Source of the DNA: Alphaproteobacteria bacterium
GTDB lineage: Bacteria > Pseudomonadota > Alphaproteobacteria > UBA6615
NCBI GenBank assembly: GCA_965267185.1
Contig: OZ253937.1
Coordinates: 3,558,064-3,622,063 of the forward strand
Direction: 5' to 3'
DNA: 64,000 bases
This document shows positions 1 through 11,621 of the stretch, in pieces; positions within the stretch are counted from its first letter, which is position 1, and the number at the start of each line of letters is the position of its first letter. The notes beneath the pieces are model-generated. The model worked only from the letters and a program-made list of their open reading frames with translations. It searched no databases and was not told where the DNA came from. The position numbers and the translations under genes were made by a program.

Positions 1-102
1 AAAGTTATGGCCGATCCACGGGTGCAGCCGGAGGCCAACCCAATGCCGTTCGACGGTAAGCGCGTAATCTTCGGTGGATTCGAAGTGCTCGTGGAGGCGT
101 AG
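1..102 (+). CDS. C-terminal fragment of an unknown protein; the ORF runs off the window start and ends ...FEVLVEA*
   Basis: Frame-1 ORF open from base 1, stop TAG at 100-102. Confidence 0.25.
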   Translation, partial: KVMADPRVQPEANPMPFDGKRVIFGGFEVLVEA

Positions 103-119
103 CGCGCACCAGGATCGGC

Positions 120-989
120 CTATCGCCCCGCCTGTGCCGCCGCCCGCTCGCTGCGTGCCAAGATACGGTGCATGCTCCGCAGAACCGGCCGCTCGATCAA
201 TTTTCCGTCAACCACCACGACACCGGTATTGGCTTCCGTAAACGCGTCGACCACCTTGCGGGCATAGGCGACCTCGTCGGGTTTCGGCGAGAAGACTTCG
301 TTCAGCATGGCAATCTGCTTGGGGTGAATGGCGCCTTTGCCGGAAAAGCCCAGGGCTGCGCCGGCTTCGGCTTCGCGGCGCATCCCGTCCATGTCCTCCA
401 GATCGAGCCAGGGGACGTCGATGACGTCGAGCCCCGCAGCAGCGGCGGCATGCACCGTGCGCGAGCGGGCGTAGAGCATTGCCTCCCAGGTCGTGGCGCA
501 GCGCAGTTCTGCGGCCAGATCGATCGCCCCGAATAGCAGCGCATCGAGGCGCGGGGTCGCGTGCGCGATCTCGTAAGCTGCCTCGAGCCCCTGGTTGGTC
601 TCGATAATCGCTTGGATGCGGGTTGCTAGCCCGTATTCGTCGAGCGCTTCGGCGATTCCGCGCACTTCCTCGGGGCCTTTCACCTTGGGCAGCATAATCG
701 CCGGCACTGGCGTGTTGGTGCTCAGGATCGCTTCGAAATCGGCCATGCCGTCGGTCGTTCGTCCGCAATTGATCCGGACGATACGCTCGATACCGTCGTC
801 GGGATGCGGGGCGGCAAACAATTCCAGCATTTTCGCCCGTGCATCGGCCTTGTCGTGGGGGGCCACACCGTCTTCGAGCTCCACGCAGACAATGTCGGCG
901 CCCGAGCTTAGTGCCTTTTCGAAATATTCTGGCTTGTTGCCTGGCGTGAAAATAAAGCTGCGCCGCGATTGGAACTTGTCTGCCGCCAT
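120..989 (-). CDS. HpcH/HpaI aldolase / citrate lyase beta subunit-like (CitE family) protein, possibly acyl-CoA lyase
   Basis: 289-aa ORF with the CitE/HpcH family pattern (conserved E..D metal ligands in TIM-barrel context); strong ORF. Confidence 0.75.
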   Translation of the reverse strand: MAADKFQSRRSFIFTPGNKPEYFEKALSSGADIVCVELEDGVAPHDKADARAKMLELFAAPHPDDGIERIVRINCGRTTDGMADFEAILSTNTPVPAIMLPKVKGPEEVRGIAEALDEYGLATRIQAIIETNQGLEAAYEIAHATPRLDALLFGAIDLAAELRCATTWEAMLYARSRTVHAAAAAGLDVIDVPWLDLEDMDGMRREAEAGAALGFSGKGAIHPKQIAMLNEVFSPKPDEVAYARKVVDAFTEANTGVVVVDGKLIERPVLRSMHRILARSERAAAQAGR

Positions 990-1116
990 ATCAATCCTCT
1001 CCCACTTTCGTGATCTTTATAGCCAACGTCCGCCGAAAGGGGGACACGCTAGGCGCTTTTCATTGCCGGACTGTTGTGGTCGGATAGCGCAAATCTCGAT
1101 TGGGAGGATTAAATCC

Positions 1117-2295
1117 ATGATGAAACAACTCCTTGGCGCGACAGCGGCTATTGCGCTGTTGTCGACGCCCGCTCTTGCCGACTCCATCAAGATCGGCTTC
1201 GTGACCACCCTAACGACCCCGGCGGCGGTGATCGGCAAGGATATGCGCGATGCGGTCGATCTGGCCGTTGAAACCATCGGCGCCAAGATGGGCTCGCTCG
1301 ACGTCGAAATCGTCTATGCCGACGACGAGTTCAACGCCCAGAAAGGTAAGCAAGCCACCGAGCGGCTCGTCGAGCGCGACGATGTCGATTTGGTCACCGG
1401 CTATATCTGGTCGAACGTTTTGCTGGCCTCCGCACCGGTGGTGCTCAATGCCAACAAGATCCTGATCAGCGCCAATGCCGGTCCGTCGCCGTTGGCAGGT
1501 GAGCGGTGCAATGCCAATTTCTTCAACATTTCCTGGCAGAACGACCAGACGCCGATGGCGATGGGCGAACTGCTGAACCAGCAGGGCGTCAAATCGCTTT
1601 ACCTGATCGCGCCGAACTACGCGGCTGGCCAGAACATGGTCGCCGGCGTGGAGCGCACGTTCAAGGGCAACATTATCGGCAAAGACATGACCGTCTGGCC
1701 GTCGCAGCGCGACTGGTCGGCCGAGCTGACGAAAGTTAAGGCGGCGAAACCGGATGGTGTGTTCATTTTCTATCCGGGTGGCGCCGGTCCCGCTTTCATC
1801 AAGCAGTATGTGCAGGCCGGTCTGGAAAAAGATGTGCCGCTCTATTCGGTGTTCACCCTCGACTCGATCAGCCTGCCGCTGTTCCAGAAGGCTGGTATAG
1901 ACGTGTTGGGAACAACCATGACCCAGTTCTGGGCACCCGATCTCGACAACGCCCAGAACAAGAAGTTCGTCGCCGATTTCCGTGCCAAATATGGCCGTTA
2001 TCCGTCGTTCTATGCGGCCCAGTCGTACGACTCGATTTTCTATATCAAGTCGGCGGTCGAAGCGGTGGGTGGCAACATCGACAATATCGATGGTATGCGC
2101 GACGCGCTCCGGAAGGCCGACTTCCCGTCGGTCCGCGGTGAGTTCAAGATGGGGCCGAACCACTTCCCCATCCAAAACTTTTATAGCCGTGAAGTCGTGG
2201 CTGATGCCGACGGTAACTGGACGACCAAGGTCACCGGCGTGGCGCTGAAGGACCACCAGGACGTTTACGCCGCACAGTGCAATATGAAGGGCTAA
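1117..2295 (+). CDS. ABC transporter periplasmic substrate-binding protein, HAAT / Leu-Ile-Val-binding (LivK-like) family
   Basis: Signal peptide MMKQLLGATAAIALLSTPALA and PBP type I fold motifs; GGGAGG RBS at 1103-1108; first of five co-directional transporter genes. Confidence 0.85.
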   Translation: MMKQLLGATAAIALLSTPALADSIKIGFVTTLTTPAAVIGKDMRDAVDLAVETIGAKMGSLDVEIVYADDEFNAQKGKQATERLVERDDVDLVTGYIWSNVLLASAPVVLNANKILISANAGPSPLAGERCNANFFNISWQNDQTPMAMGELLNQQGVKSLYLIAPNYAAGQNMVAGVERTFKGNIIGKDMTVWPSQRDWSAELTKVKAAKPDGVFIFYPGGAGPAFIKQYVQAGLEKDVPLYSVFTLDSISLPLFQKAGIDVLGTTMTQFWAPDLDNAQNKKFVADFRAKYGRYPSFYAAQSYDSIFYIKSAVEAVGGNIDNIDGMRDALRKADFPSVRGEFKMGPNHFPIQNFYSREVVADADGNWTTKVTGVALKDHQDVYAAQCNMKG

Positions 2296-2377
2296 ACAAG
2301 CGCCCTGAATTGTCGAGTCGGCGGGGATGCGCGAGCATCCCCGCTGGCGCTTCTAGAGTTCGCCTGCGACCGACTCC

Positions 2378-3301
2378 ATGAATACCGTTCTCCTCGCTGA
2401 ACAGTTTCTCAACGGGTTCCAGCTTGGCATCATTTTGTTCCTGATGGCGGCCGGCCTGACGCTGGTCTTCGGCATCATGGACATGGTCAATCTGGCGCAC
2501 GGTTCGCTGTATATGATCGGCGCTTTTTTTGGCGCCACCTTTGCCTTGTGGACCGACTCGTTCGTCCTCGGCGTGATTTTGATGATCCCGGCCATGCTGG
2601 TGACGGGTATCGTCATCGAAATTGTCGCTCTTCGAACGCTTTATGCCCGCGATCATCTCGACCAGGTGTTGGCGACGTTCGGGCTCATCCTGTTTTTCAA
2701 CGAGCTGACTCGCATTATCTGGGGCCCGGAGGGACTTACCGTACCGTTGCCCGACTTCTTGAACGGCTCGGTCGAGCTTGCCTTCGGCATCGTCTACCCG
2801 GTGTTCCGCATCACCATCATCGTCGTCGGCATCGCCGTGGCCATCGGTCTCTGGCTGCTGGTATCGCGGACGCGCATCGGCATGTTGATCCGCGCCGGCG
2901 CTTCAAACCGGACCATGGCGAGCGCGTTGGGCGTCAATATTCCCATGTTGTTCACCATCGTGTTCGGGATCGGTGCCGTGCTCGCGGGCCTCGCCGGGCT
3001 GATCTTCGCGCCGATCCAAACCGTCTTCGTCGGCATGGGCGAAGACGTTCTCATTCTCGCCTTCGTCGTCATCGTCATCGGCGGTATCGGGTCGATCCGC
3101 GGCGCATTCGTGGCGGCGATATTGACCGGCTTGATCGATACCATGGGCCGCTCGTTCCTCGATGTGCTGCTCCTGTTGTTCTTGCCGCCGAACGCGGCGG
3201 AATCGGCGGGGCCGGCACTGTCGTCGATGATGATTTACGTTTTGATGGCGGCGATCCTGTTCTTCCGGCCGCAAGGCCTGTTCCCGCCCAAGGGTGGATG
3301 A
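2378..3301 (+). CDS. Branched-chain amino acid-type ABC transporter permease (LivH-like)
   Basis: 307-aa polytopic membrane protein of the LivH family (..MDMVNLAHGSLYMIGAF..). Confidence 0.85.
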   Translation: MNTVLLAEQFLNGFQLGIILFLMAAGLTLVFGIMDMVNLAHGSLYMIGAFFGATFALWTDSFVLGVILMIPAMLVTGIVIEIVALRTLYARDHLDQVLATFGLILFFNELTRIIWGPEGLTVPLPDFLNGSVELAFGIVYPVFRITIIVVGIAVAIGLWLLVSRTRIGMLIRAGASNRTMASALGVNIPMLFTIVFGIGAVLAGLAGLIFAPIQTVFVGMGEDVLILAFVVIVIGGIGSIRGAFVAAILTGLIDTMGRSFLDVLLLLFLPPNAAESAGPALSSMMIYVLMAAILFFRPQGLFPPKGG

Positions 3302-3308
3302 CCGGCAA

Positions 3309-4271
3309 ATGAACGGAACCTTCAACCTCCGGTCGGCGGCCAACTGGGTGACGTTCGTCGTGCTGGCGCTATGTGCGGTGATGCCGTTCCTGGCGCCGGC
3401 GTTGGGCGAGCCGTTCTACGTCAAAGTATTCGCCCGTGTGATGATCTGGTCGATTGCCGCGGTGAGCCTCAACCTGATCATGGGTTACGGCGGCATGATC
3501 AGCTTCGGCCACGCCGTGTTTCTCGGCATCGGCGGCTATGCCATCGGCATCGCCTCGTTCCATGGCCTCGACAACGCGTGGATCCAGTGGCCGTTAGCGA
3601 TTGGACTGTGCGCGCTGATCGGCCTGATCTTCGGCTTCATCAGCCTGCGCACCCGCGGTGTTTATTTCATCATGATCACGCTGGCGCTGGCGCAGATGAT
3701 CTTTTTTTTGAGCGTCAGCGCCGAGCGGTATGGCAGCGACGACGGCCTGAACATCTGGCAGCGCAGCGACTTCGGTGTCTCTTGGTTCGATCTCGAAGAC
3801 GCGCTGACCATGTACTACGTGATCTTTGCGTTCCTGCTGCTTTCTCTCTTCGTTACCTGGCGTATCGTCAACTCGCGCTTCGGACTGGTGGTGCGGGGCG
3901 CGCGCTCCAACGATACCCGCATGCAAGCGGTCGGCTTCCCGACCTACCGCTATCGCCTTACCGCCTTCGTCATCGCCGGCGTGATGTGCGGCATCGCGGG
4001 CGTCCTGCAAGCGAATTTCGAGAAGTTCGTTTCGCCCGACATGATGAATTGGCCGGTTTCCGGGGAGTTGATTTTCATGGTCGTGCTCGGTGGCATGGGG
4101 ACGTTGATCGGCCCCGTCGCCGGTGCGGCGGTTTTCCTTTTGCTGTCGGAAGTGCTGAAAGACATCACCGAGCATTGGCACATCATCTTCGGTCCGTTCC
4201 TGGTGCTTGTCGTGCTGTTCGCGCGTGGCGGCATCATGGGTCTGCTGACCCCGGGAGCGGCACGTGAGTGA
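3309..4271 (+). CDS. Branched-chain amino acid-type ABC transporter permease (LivM-like)
   Basis: Polytopic LivM-family membrane protein; an alternative GTG start at 3294 overlaps the livH stop. Confidence 0.8.
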   Translation: MNGTFNLRSAANWVTFVVLALCAVMPFLAPALGEPFYVKVFARVMIWSIAAVSLNLIMGYGGMISFGHAVFLGIGGYAIGIASFHGLDNAWIQWPLAIGLCALIGLIFGFISLRTRGVYFIMITLALAQMIFFLSVSAERYGSDDGLNIWQRSDFGVSWFDLEDALTMYYVIFAFLLLSLFVTWRIVNSRFGLVVRGARSNDTRMQAVGFPTYRYRLTAFVIAGVMCGIAGVLQANFEKFVSPDMMNWPVSGELIFMVVLGGMGTLIGPVAGAAVFLLLSEVLKDITEHWHIIFGPFLVLVVLFARGGIMGLLTPGAARE

Positions 4272-5019
4272 GCCCCTGCTGTCCACCGCCAGCCTGCAAA
4301 AAAGCTTCGGCGGCGTGGTAGCGACCGACGCGGTGTCGCTGGACGTGGTGCCGGGGGAAATCCACGCCATCATCGGCCCCAACGGCGCCGGCAAGACGAC
4401 ACTCGTCAACCTGCTCTCGGGATTGCTCAAACCCGATGCCGGCGAGATCGTCTTCGACGGCCGGCCGATCGGCCGGCTCGCGGTGGCGTCACGGGTCAAG
4501 CGTGGCTTGGCGCGCTCCTTCCAGATTACCTCCGTGCTGCGCGAGTTCACCGCCGCCGACAACGTCGCCTTGGCCATTCAAGCGCGCCAGGGTCACAGTT
4601 TCCGGTTCTGGAAACCGGCGCTCGAAGACTCCAGCCTTCGTAACCCCGCGGCGGATATTCTCGGGCAGGTTGGCTTGGCCGACCGCGCCGATATCGTTGC
4701 CGGTAATCTGGCGCATGGCGAACAGCGGCAGCTCGAGATCGCCATGGTGCTGGCGACCGGACCCAAAATGCTGCTGCTCGACGAACCGATGGCCGGGATG
4801 GGCGTCGAGGAAAGCCAGCGCATGGTTGCGCTGTTGCGCGAGCTCAAAACGCAATACACCATGCTCCTAATAGAGCATGACATGGACGCCGTGTTCGCGC
4901 TGGCCGACCGCATCACGGTGTTGGTCTATGGCCGCGATATCGCCACCGGGGCGCCCGCCGATATTCGCGCGAACGCGCAAGTGCGCGAGGCGTATCTCGG
5001 CGAATCGGAGTCTGCCTGA
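4264..5019 (+). CDS. ABC transporter ATP-binding protein (LivG-like)
   Basis: Walker A GPNGAGKTT, ABC signature and Walker B LLLDEP; GTG start overlaps the livM stop. Confidence 0.85.
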   Translation: MSEPLLSTASLQKSFGGVVATDAVSLDVVPGEIHAIIGPNGAGKTTLVNLLSGLLKPDAGEIVFDGRPIGRLAVASRVKRGLARSFQITSVLREFTAADNVALAIQARQGHSFRFWKPALEDSSLRNPAADILGQVGLADRADIVAGNLAHGEQRQLEIAMVLATGPKMLLLDEPMAGMGVEESQRMVALLRELKTQYTMLLIEHDMDAVFALADRITVLVYGRDIATGAPADIRANAQVREAYLGESESA

Positions 5020-5720
5020 TGTTGTCGGTGCGCGGCGTGGATGCGGCCTATGGCGATAGCCAGGTCTTGTTCGGCATGAGTTTCGAAATCGGCGCAGGCG
5101 AGTTCGTCACGCTGCTGGGGCGCAACGGCATGGGCAAAACCACGACCGTGCGCACCATTATGGGCATTTTGCCGATCCGCGCCGGCGAAATCCTGTTCGA
5201 AGCGCAATCGATCCATAACCTGCCCTCCTACCGCATCGCCAAGGTTGGTATCGGTCTGGTTCCCGAGGGGCGGCAGATCTTCCCTAATCTCACGGTTCGG
5301 GAGAATTTGATCGCCACGGCGGCGCCGCCGCCCGCCGGCCAAGAAGGGTGGACGATCGAACGGGTTATCGAGCTATTCCCCTCGCTGGGGGCACGGCTGA
5401 CCAGCATGGGTAACCAGCTCTCCGGCGGCGAGCAGCAGATGCTGGCAATCGGGCGGGCGCTGATGACCAATCCGCGGCTGCTTGTTCTCGACGAAGCGAC
5501 CGAAGGCCTGGCGCCTCTGGTTCGCAAAGAAATTTGGCAATGCTTGGAAAACCTCAAGGCCGCGGCACAGGCGGTTCTGGTGATCGACAAAAACGTCGAT
5601 GCGCTGACGCGTATCGCCGACCGTCACTATATTGTCGAGAAGGGCGCGGTTGTGTGGGCCGGATCGTCGGACGATCTGCGCACCGACGAGGCGATCCAGC
5701 AGCAGTATCTCGGGGTGTAG
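5019..5720 (+). CDS. ABC transporter ATP-binding protein (LivF-like)
   Basis: Walker A GRNGMGKTT, LSGGEQQ signature; its ATG overlaps the stop of the previous gene. Confidence 0.85.
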   Translation: MLSVRGVDAAYGDSQVLFGMSFEIGAGEFVTLLGRNGMGKTTTVRTIMGILPIRAGEILFEAQSIHNLPSYRIAKVGIGLVPEGRQIFPNLTVRENLIATAAPPPAGQEGWTIERVIELFPSLGARLTSMGNQLSGGEQQMLAIGRALMTNPRLLVLDEATEGLAPLVRKEIWQCLENLKAAAQAVLVIDKNVDALTRIADRHYIVEKGAVVWAGSSDDLRTDEAIQQQYLGV

Positions 5721-5737
5721 GCGCTACAGCGCGCCCG

Positions 5738-6709
5738 CTAATCCTGTGCTTCGGTACGGTCGGTCGCTGGCGGTGGCCGGCGTGACAGCGCCGAGATTTC
5801 GTCGCGCAAGTCCGCCGTCATGTCAAAATCAAGCGCGTCGAGCGATGGCTGTAGCTGCTCCAGGTTGCGCGCCCCGATGATCGGACAGGTCACCGCCGGA
5901 TGTGCGGCGGCCCAGGCCACAGCCAGCGTCACCGGATGGACGCCTTTGGCGTCGGCGAATTCGCTAAACGCGCCGGCGGTTTCGAGCATCCAGTCGTCGC
6001 CATAACGTCGAACGTAATTTTCGTTCTCGACCAACCGGCCTTCATTGGGGCGGTTGCCGGGCCGGTACTTGCCACTGAGAAGACCGCCGCCGACCGGGCT
6101 GTAGGTGATGACACCGAGTTGCTCAGCCAGCGCGAGCGGGAAGATTTCGACTTCGGCTTGCCGCTTCACCAGATTGTACATGGGTTGAATCACATCGAAG
6201 CGTGTCCAACCCCGCTGCGCCGATACGCCGAGCGATTTGGCGATTTGCCAGGCAGCATAATTGCTAGCGCCGAGGTACAGCACCTTGCCCGCACGTACCA
6301 AATCCTCGAGCACGCGGAGCGTTTCGTCTACCGGCGCGTTGCTTTCGAAGCGGTGCATGAACAGGATATCGAGCCGGTCGGTGCCGAGTCGTTTGAGGCT
6401 GGCCTCCACGGCGCGCGGGATGTGGCGCCGGGTGCCGCCGCGGTCGTTGACGTCGTTGCTTGTCGAGTTGAAGCATTTCGATGCAACGACGAGTTCGTCG
6501 CGGTGACCGGCGATAAGGCCGCCCAAAATTTCCTCAGCGCGGCCTTTGCCATAGCCGTCGGCGCAGTCGAAGAAGTTGAACCCACGGTCGCGGCAGGCAG
6601 CGTACATGCGGGCCGCTTCGCCGGCATCGGCATCGCCGCCGAACGACATGGTGCCGAAGCAGAATTTAGAGACCAGCACGCCGGTACGGCCAAGCAACTT
6701 GTAGTCCAT
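5738..6709 (-). CDS. Aldo/keto reductase family oxidoreductase
   Basis: MDYKLLGRTGVLVSKFCFGTMSFG N-terminus typical of the AKR family; GGGAGG RBS upstream of the ATG at 6709. Confidence 0.85.
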   Translation of the reverse strand: MDYKLLGRTGVLVSKFCFGTMSFGGDADAGEAARMYAACRDRGFNFFDCADGYGKGRAEEILGGLIAGHRDELVVASKCFNSTSNDVNDRGGTRRHIPRAVEASLKRLGTDRLDILFMHRFESNAPVDETLRVLEDLVRAGKVLYLGASNYAAWQIAKSLGVSAQRGWTRFDVIQPMYNLVKRQAEVEIFPLALAEQLGVITYSPVGGGLLSGKYRPGNRPNEGRLVENENYVRRYGDDWMLETAGAFSEFADAKGVHPVTLAVAWAAAHPAVTCPIIGARNLEQLQPSLDALDFDMTADLRDEISALSRRPPPATDRTEAQD

Positions 6710-6802
6710 GATAATTCCCTCCCGCCCTGCTGTTAGAGCAGCGCCCACTACTCCTGCGCCCAAAAGGCGTGCTTACATTATCGAGGCAGGGGTTATCTTA
6801 GG

Positions 6803-8380
<1,578 letters not shown>

Positions 8381-8387
8381 CGTCGGC

Positions 8388-9803
8388 CTAGTGAAACAGC
8401 ACGTACTCGTAGTCGAGCGGACGGCCATGGATGCCGCGCTGGGGCTGAGAAATCCAGCCGGCCATCTTACCGGGCTCGAGCACCGGTACCATCAGCGATT
8501 GCACGAATGCATAGTCGTCGGCAGTGGGCAGCCACTCGCCCTTACGCTTCTCCCACGTCTCGTCGCTGATGAGTTGGCCTTCCGGGGTCGCATTGATATC
8601 GCGAAAGATGCCAATGTTCCGGTTGAATGCCGGGTCGGGCAACGTCAGTGTGAAGTCGACGCCCGCCTCGCGGATCACCTTGTTGAACCGGTTGAGGCCG
8701 CGCTGGCTATCCTTGGCGTAATCCTCGCGCAGCTTCAGGTTCATGGCCGTCAGCGCCGCCGATTCCTCGGTGGTGACATGGTCGCCCTCGACGCGCGGCA
8801 CCATCATATGAGCGTCCGCTAACACGTGATCGTCGGCGATCTTGGCTTCCTGATAGCGTCCCTTCAGGCCCATCGAGTAGTAGTTCGCGGCATTGGTCGA
8901 GCGCTCGGAACCGAAGAGATCGAGGCAGATGGAGTAATGGAAGTTGATCCATTTCTGGATCGTCGCTAAATCGATCCCGCCATAGGGGCGCACATCGTCA
9001 GTATCGTGTTGCCGCATAAGCTCGCAGGTGCGCCGGACAACCCGCATGATGCCGGATTCGCCGACGAACATGTGGTGCGCTTCCTCGGTCAGCATGAACC
9101 GGCAAGTGCGCGATAGCGGGTCGAAGCCCGATTCCGCGAGCGCGGCGAGCTGGAACTTGCCGTCCCGGTCCTGGAAGTAGGTGAACATGAAGAACGATAG
9201 CCAATCGTTCGTCGGTTCGTTGAATGCTTCGAGGATACGCGGTTTGTCGGGGTCGCCGGCATGGCGCTCCAGCATCTCTTCCGCTTCCTCGCGTCCGTCG
9301 CGGCCGAAATGGGCGTGCAGCAGGTAGACCATTGCCCACAAGTGGCGGCCTTCCTCGACATTGACCTGGAACAGGTTGCGCAGATCGTAGAGCGAGGGGC
9401 AGGTCTTGCCGAGATGCCGTTGCTGCTCGACCGAGGCAGGCTCGGTGTCGCCTTGGGTGACGATCAAGCGTCGCAGCTCGGTGCGGTATTCGCCCGGTAC
9501 GTCGGTCCATACCGGCTCGCCCTTATGCTGACCGAAACCGATTTTACGGTCCTGCTCGGGCGGGGTGAGGAAAATGCCCCAGCGATACTCCGGCATCCGC
9601 ACATGGTCGTAATGCGCCCATCCCTTGGCATCGACGCTTATCGCGGTGCGCAGATAGACCTCAAAGTCGCTGGAGTCATCCGGCCCCAAATCGTTCCACC
9701 ATTGCAGATAGGCGGGCTGCCAGCGTTCGAGTGCGCGCAGCAGGCGGCGGTCGTCGGCCAGGTTGACGTTGTTGGGGATGGTTTCGTTGTAGTCGATATT
9801 CAT
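8388..9803 (-). CDS. boxB: Benzoyl-CoA 2,3-epoxidase (benzoyl-CoA oxygenase) component B
   Basis: 472 aa from MNIDYNETIPNNVNLADDRRLLRALERWQPAYLQWW; di-iron BoxB family signature throughout. Confidence 0.85.
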   Translation of the reverse strand: MNIDYNETIPNNVNLADDRRLLRALERWQPAYLQWWNDLGPDDSSDFEVYLRTAISVDAKGWAHYDHVRMPEYRWGIFLTPPEQDRKIGFGQHKGEPVWTDVPGEYRTELRRLIVTQGDTEPASVEQQRHLGKTCPSLYDLRNLFQVNVEEGRHLWAMVYLLHAHFGRDGREEAEEMLERHAGDPDKPRILEAFNEPTNDWLSFFMFTYFQDRDGKFQLAALAESGFDPLSRTCRFMLTEEAHHMFVGESGIMRVVRRTCELMRQHDTDDVRPYGGIDLATIQKWINFHYSICLDLFGSERSTNAANYYSMGLKGRYQEAKIADDHVLADAHMMVPRVEGDHVTTEESAALTAMNLKLREDYAKDSQRGLNRFNKVIREAGVDFTLTLPDPAFNRNIGIFRDINATPEGQLISDETWEKRKGEWLPTADDYAFVQSLMVPVLEPGKMAGWISQPQRGIHGRPLDYEYVLFH

Positions 9804-9807
9804 GGGT

Positions 9808-11457
9808 TCAGACTCGTTTGCGGTCGAAATTCGGCTGCTTGCCCGTGCCGTAAAGCTCCAGCGCGCCACCCGCGCCGACAGCGTTGGGCCGCTGGAACAC
9901 CCAATTCTGCCATGCCGTAAGCCGGGCGAAGATTTTGCTTTCAATAGTCTCAGGTCCGCCGAAGCGCAGATTTGCCTCCATCGCGGTCAGCGCATCGGGC
10001 GAGAAGCTGGCGCGCTCCTCGATGGCGATCCGCACTTCGTCTTCCCAGTCGATGTCGTCGGGGATGAAGGTCACCAGACCAAGTTCCTCCGCCGCTTCGG
10101 CATCGAGATCGGTGCCGATTTCGGCCTCGATATCCGCGATCTCGCCGCTCCCATCGAGAAAGCGGCTTTCGAGGCGGGTCAGATCGTTGCACATGGGTAG
10201 TGGGCCGAAATTTATCCCGGTCAACCGCACCGTCGTCGGCGGCTGGTTCGAGCCCTCGAAGGTGCCATCGAGCATGTAGCTGCGGTCGGCGGCCAGCGCC
10301 AACTCAAGCAGTGTGCCGGTAAAGCACGAACCCGGCTCGATCAGGGCGATCAGGCTGCGCGACGACACGTCGAGGCGCTTCAGGGTGCGTTTGAGATAGA
10401 GCGAAATCTCGCGCACCAGCCAGTTGTCGCTGTTGGCGAGCAAAGCGGCATCGGCGGCGGCCACACGGTCGGCATCGCCCGAGGTTGTCAGTATCCAGGT
10501 GCCGATCTCCGGCTCGTTGAAGCGCAGGTGCAGAATGGCGTCGTCGAGCTCGCGCGCCAGCGCGAGGGGCCAAAATTCGCAGCCCGCGGCCTGGATGGCG
10601 GCGGTGTCCTGCGGCGGCGGGGCGTCGGGGCCGCGAACTTGAAAGGTCGCCGTCCGGCCTTCACGGTCGAGTGTCACGGTGACATGGCTGTAGGCTATCT
10701 CCGTATCGCCGACCTCCCGCTGCAACGGCGTAAGGGCAATCCCCTTGGCATCGGTGGGCCGGTCGGTTTGCGCCGCCAGCGCTTCCGCCCGCGCTGCTGC
10801 TGCCTCGCCGAGCTTGGAACGTGGCGCCAGCTCGTCGATGAGATCCCATTCCAGGGCTCGCTTGCCGCGCATGCCTTCGCCGGTGGTGCAGAAGAAATCG
10901 GCGCGGTCGCGGCGCACATGGCGCTTATCGACCACACGGGTGAGTCCGCCGGTGCCCGGCAGCACGGCGAGCAGGGGCACCTCTGGCAACGACACGGCGC
11001 TGGAACCGTCATCGATCAAGATGATGTGGTCGGTGGCCAGCGCCAGCTCGTAGCCGCCGCCGGCAGCGGTGCCGTTGATCACGCAGAGATAGCGCTGGCC
11101 CGAATGGGCACTGGCGTCTTCGATGCCGTTGCGGGTCTCGTTGGTGAATTTGCAGAAATTCACCTTCGCGCCATGGCTCGACTGGCCGAGCATGGAGATA
11201 TTCGCGCCGGCGCAGAAAACCCGGTCCTTGGCCGAGGTGATAACCACCGCGCCCACCTCCGGGTGTTCGAAGCGCAACCGTTGCACGGCGTCGTAGAGCT
11301 CGATATCGACCCCGAGGTCATAGGAATTGAGCTTCAGATCGTAGCCGGGCTCGATGCCGCCCTCTTCCTGAACGTCCAGCGCCAGCGTCGCGACCTGGCC
11401 GTCGACGCTCAGCCGCCAGTGCTTGTAGTGGTCCGGATGGGTTGAAAACTCTATCAT
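9808..11457 (-). CDS. boxC: 2,3-epoxybenzoyl-CoA dihydrolase (benzoyl-CoA-dihydrodiol lyase), tandem crotonase fold
   Basis: 549 aa; N-terminus ...HWRLSVDGQVATLALDV..GYDLKLNSYDLGVDIELYDAVQRLRFEHPEV matches BoxC; sits immediately upstream of boxB. Confidence 0.85.
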   Translation of the reverse strand: MIEFSTHPDHYKHWRLSVDGQVATLALDVQEEGGIEPGYDLKLNSYDLGVDIELYDAVQRLRFEHPEVGAVVITSAKDRVFCAGANISMLGQSSHGAKVNFCKFTNETRNGIEDASAHSGQRYLCVINGTAAGGGYELALATDHIILIDDGSSAVSLPEVPLLAVLPGTGGLTRVVDKRHVRRDRADFFCTTGEGMRGKRALEWDLIDELAPRSKLGEAAAARAEALAAQTDRPTDAKGIALTPLQREVGDTEIAYSHVTVTLDREGRTATFQVRGPDAPPPQDTAAIQAAGCEFWPLALARELDDAILHLRFNEPEIGTWILTTSGDADRVAAADAALLANSDNWLVREISLYLKRTLKRLDVSSRSLIALIEPGSCFTGTLLELALAADRSYMLDGTFEGSNQPPTTVRLTGINFGPLPMCNDLTRLESRFLDGSGEIADIEAEIGTDLDAEAAEELGLVTFIPDDIDWEDEVRIAIEERASFSPDALTAMEANLRFGGPETIESKIFARLTAWQNWVFQRPNAVGAGGALELYGTGKQPNFDRKRV

Positions 11458-11621
11458 TTCAGCGCTTATCTCATCCCGGCGTCCGCGGCAGTGTAATTCA
11501 CCAGAGACGCTTTGTAGACTTAATTATTGGTTGTACGTACTAATTCATCAAGGGTGTGCCCGCACACATATTCGTGGCAGCGCGATAGCAAACCCTAGGC
11601 TCGATTGCTGTAGGACTTTCG

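Noticed and set aside
1210-2256. 348-aa minus-strand ORF antisense to the periplasmic binding-protein gene. Similar long antisense ORFs occur at 16546-18435 opposite the hydratase and CoA-transferase genes, 35347-36825 opposite groEL, 20478-21217 opposite the P450, 208-768, 2548-3312 and 3371-4267.
   Set aside because: High-GC genomes generate long spurious ORFs antisense to, or out of frame with, real genes. These overlap strongly conserved, well-supported genes and have Arg/Pro/Gly-rich, low-complexity translations.
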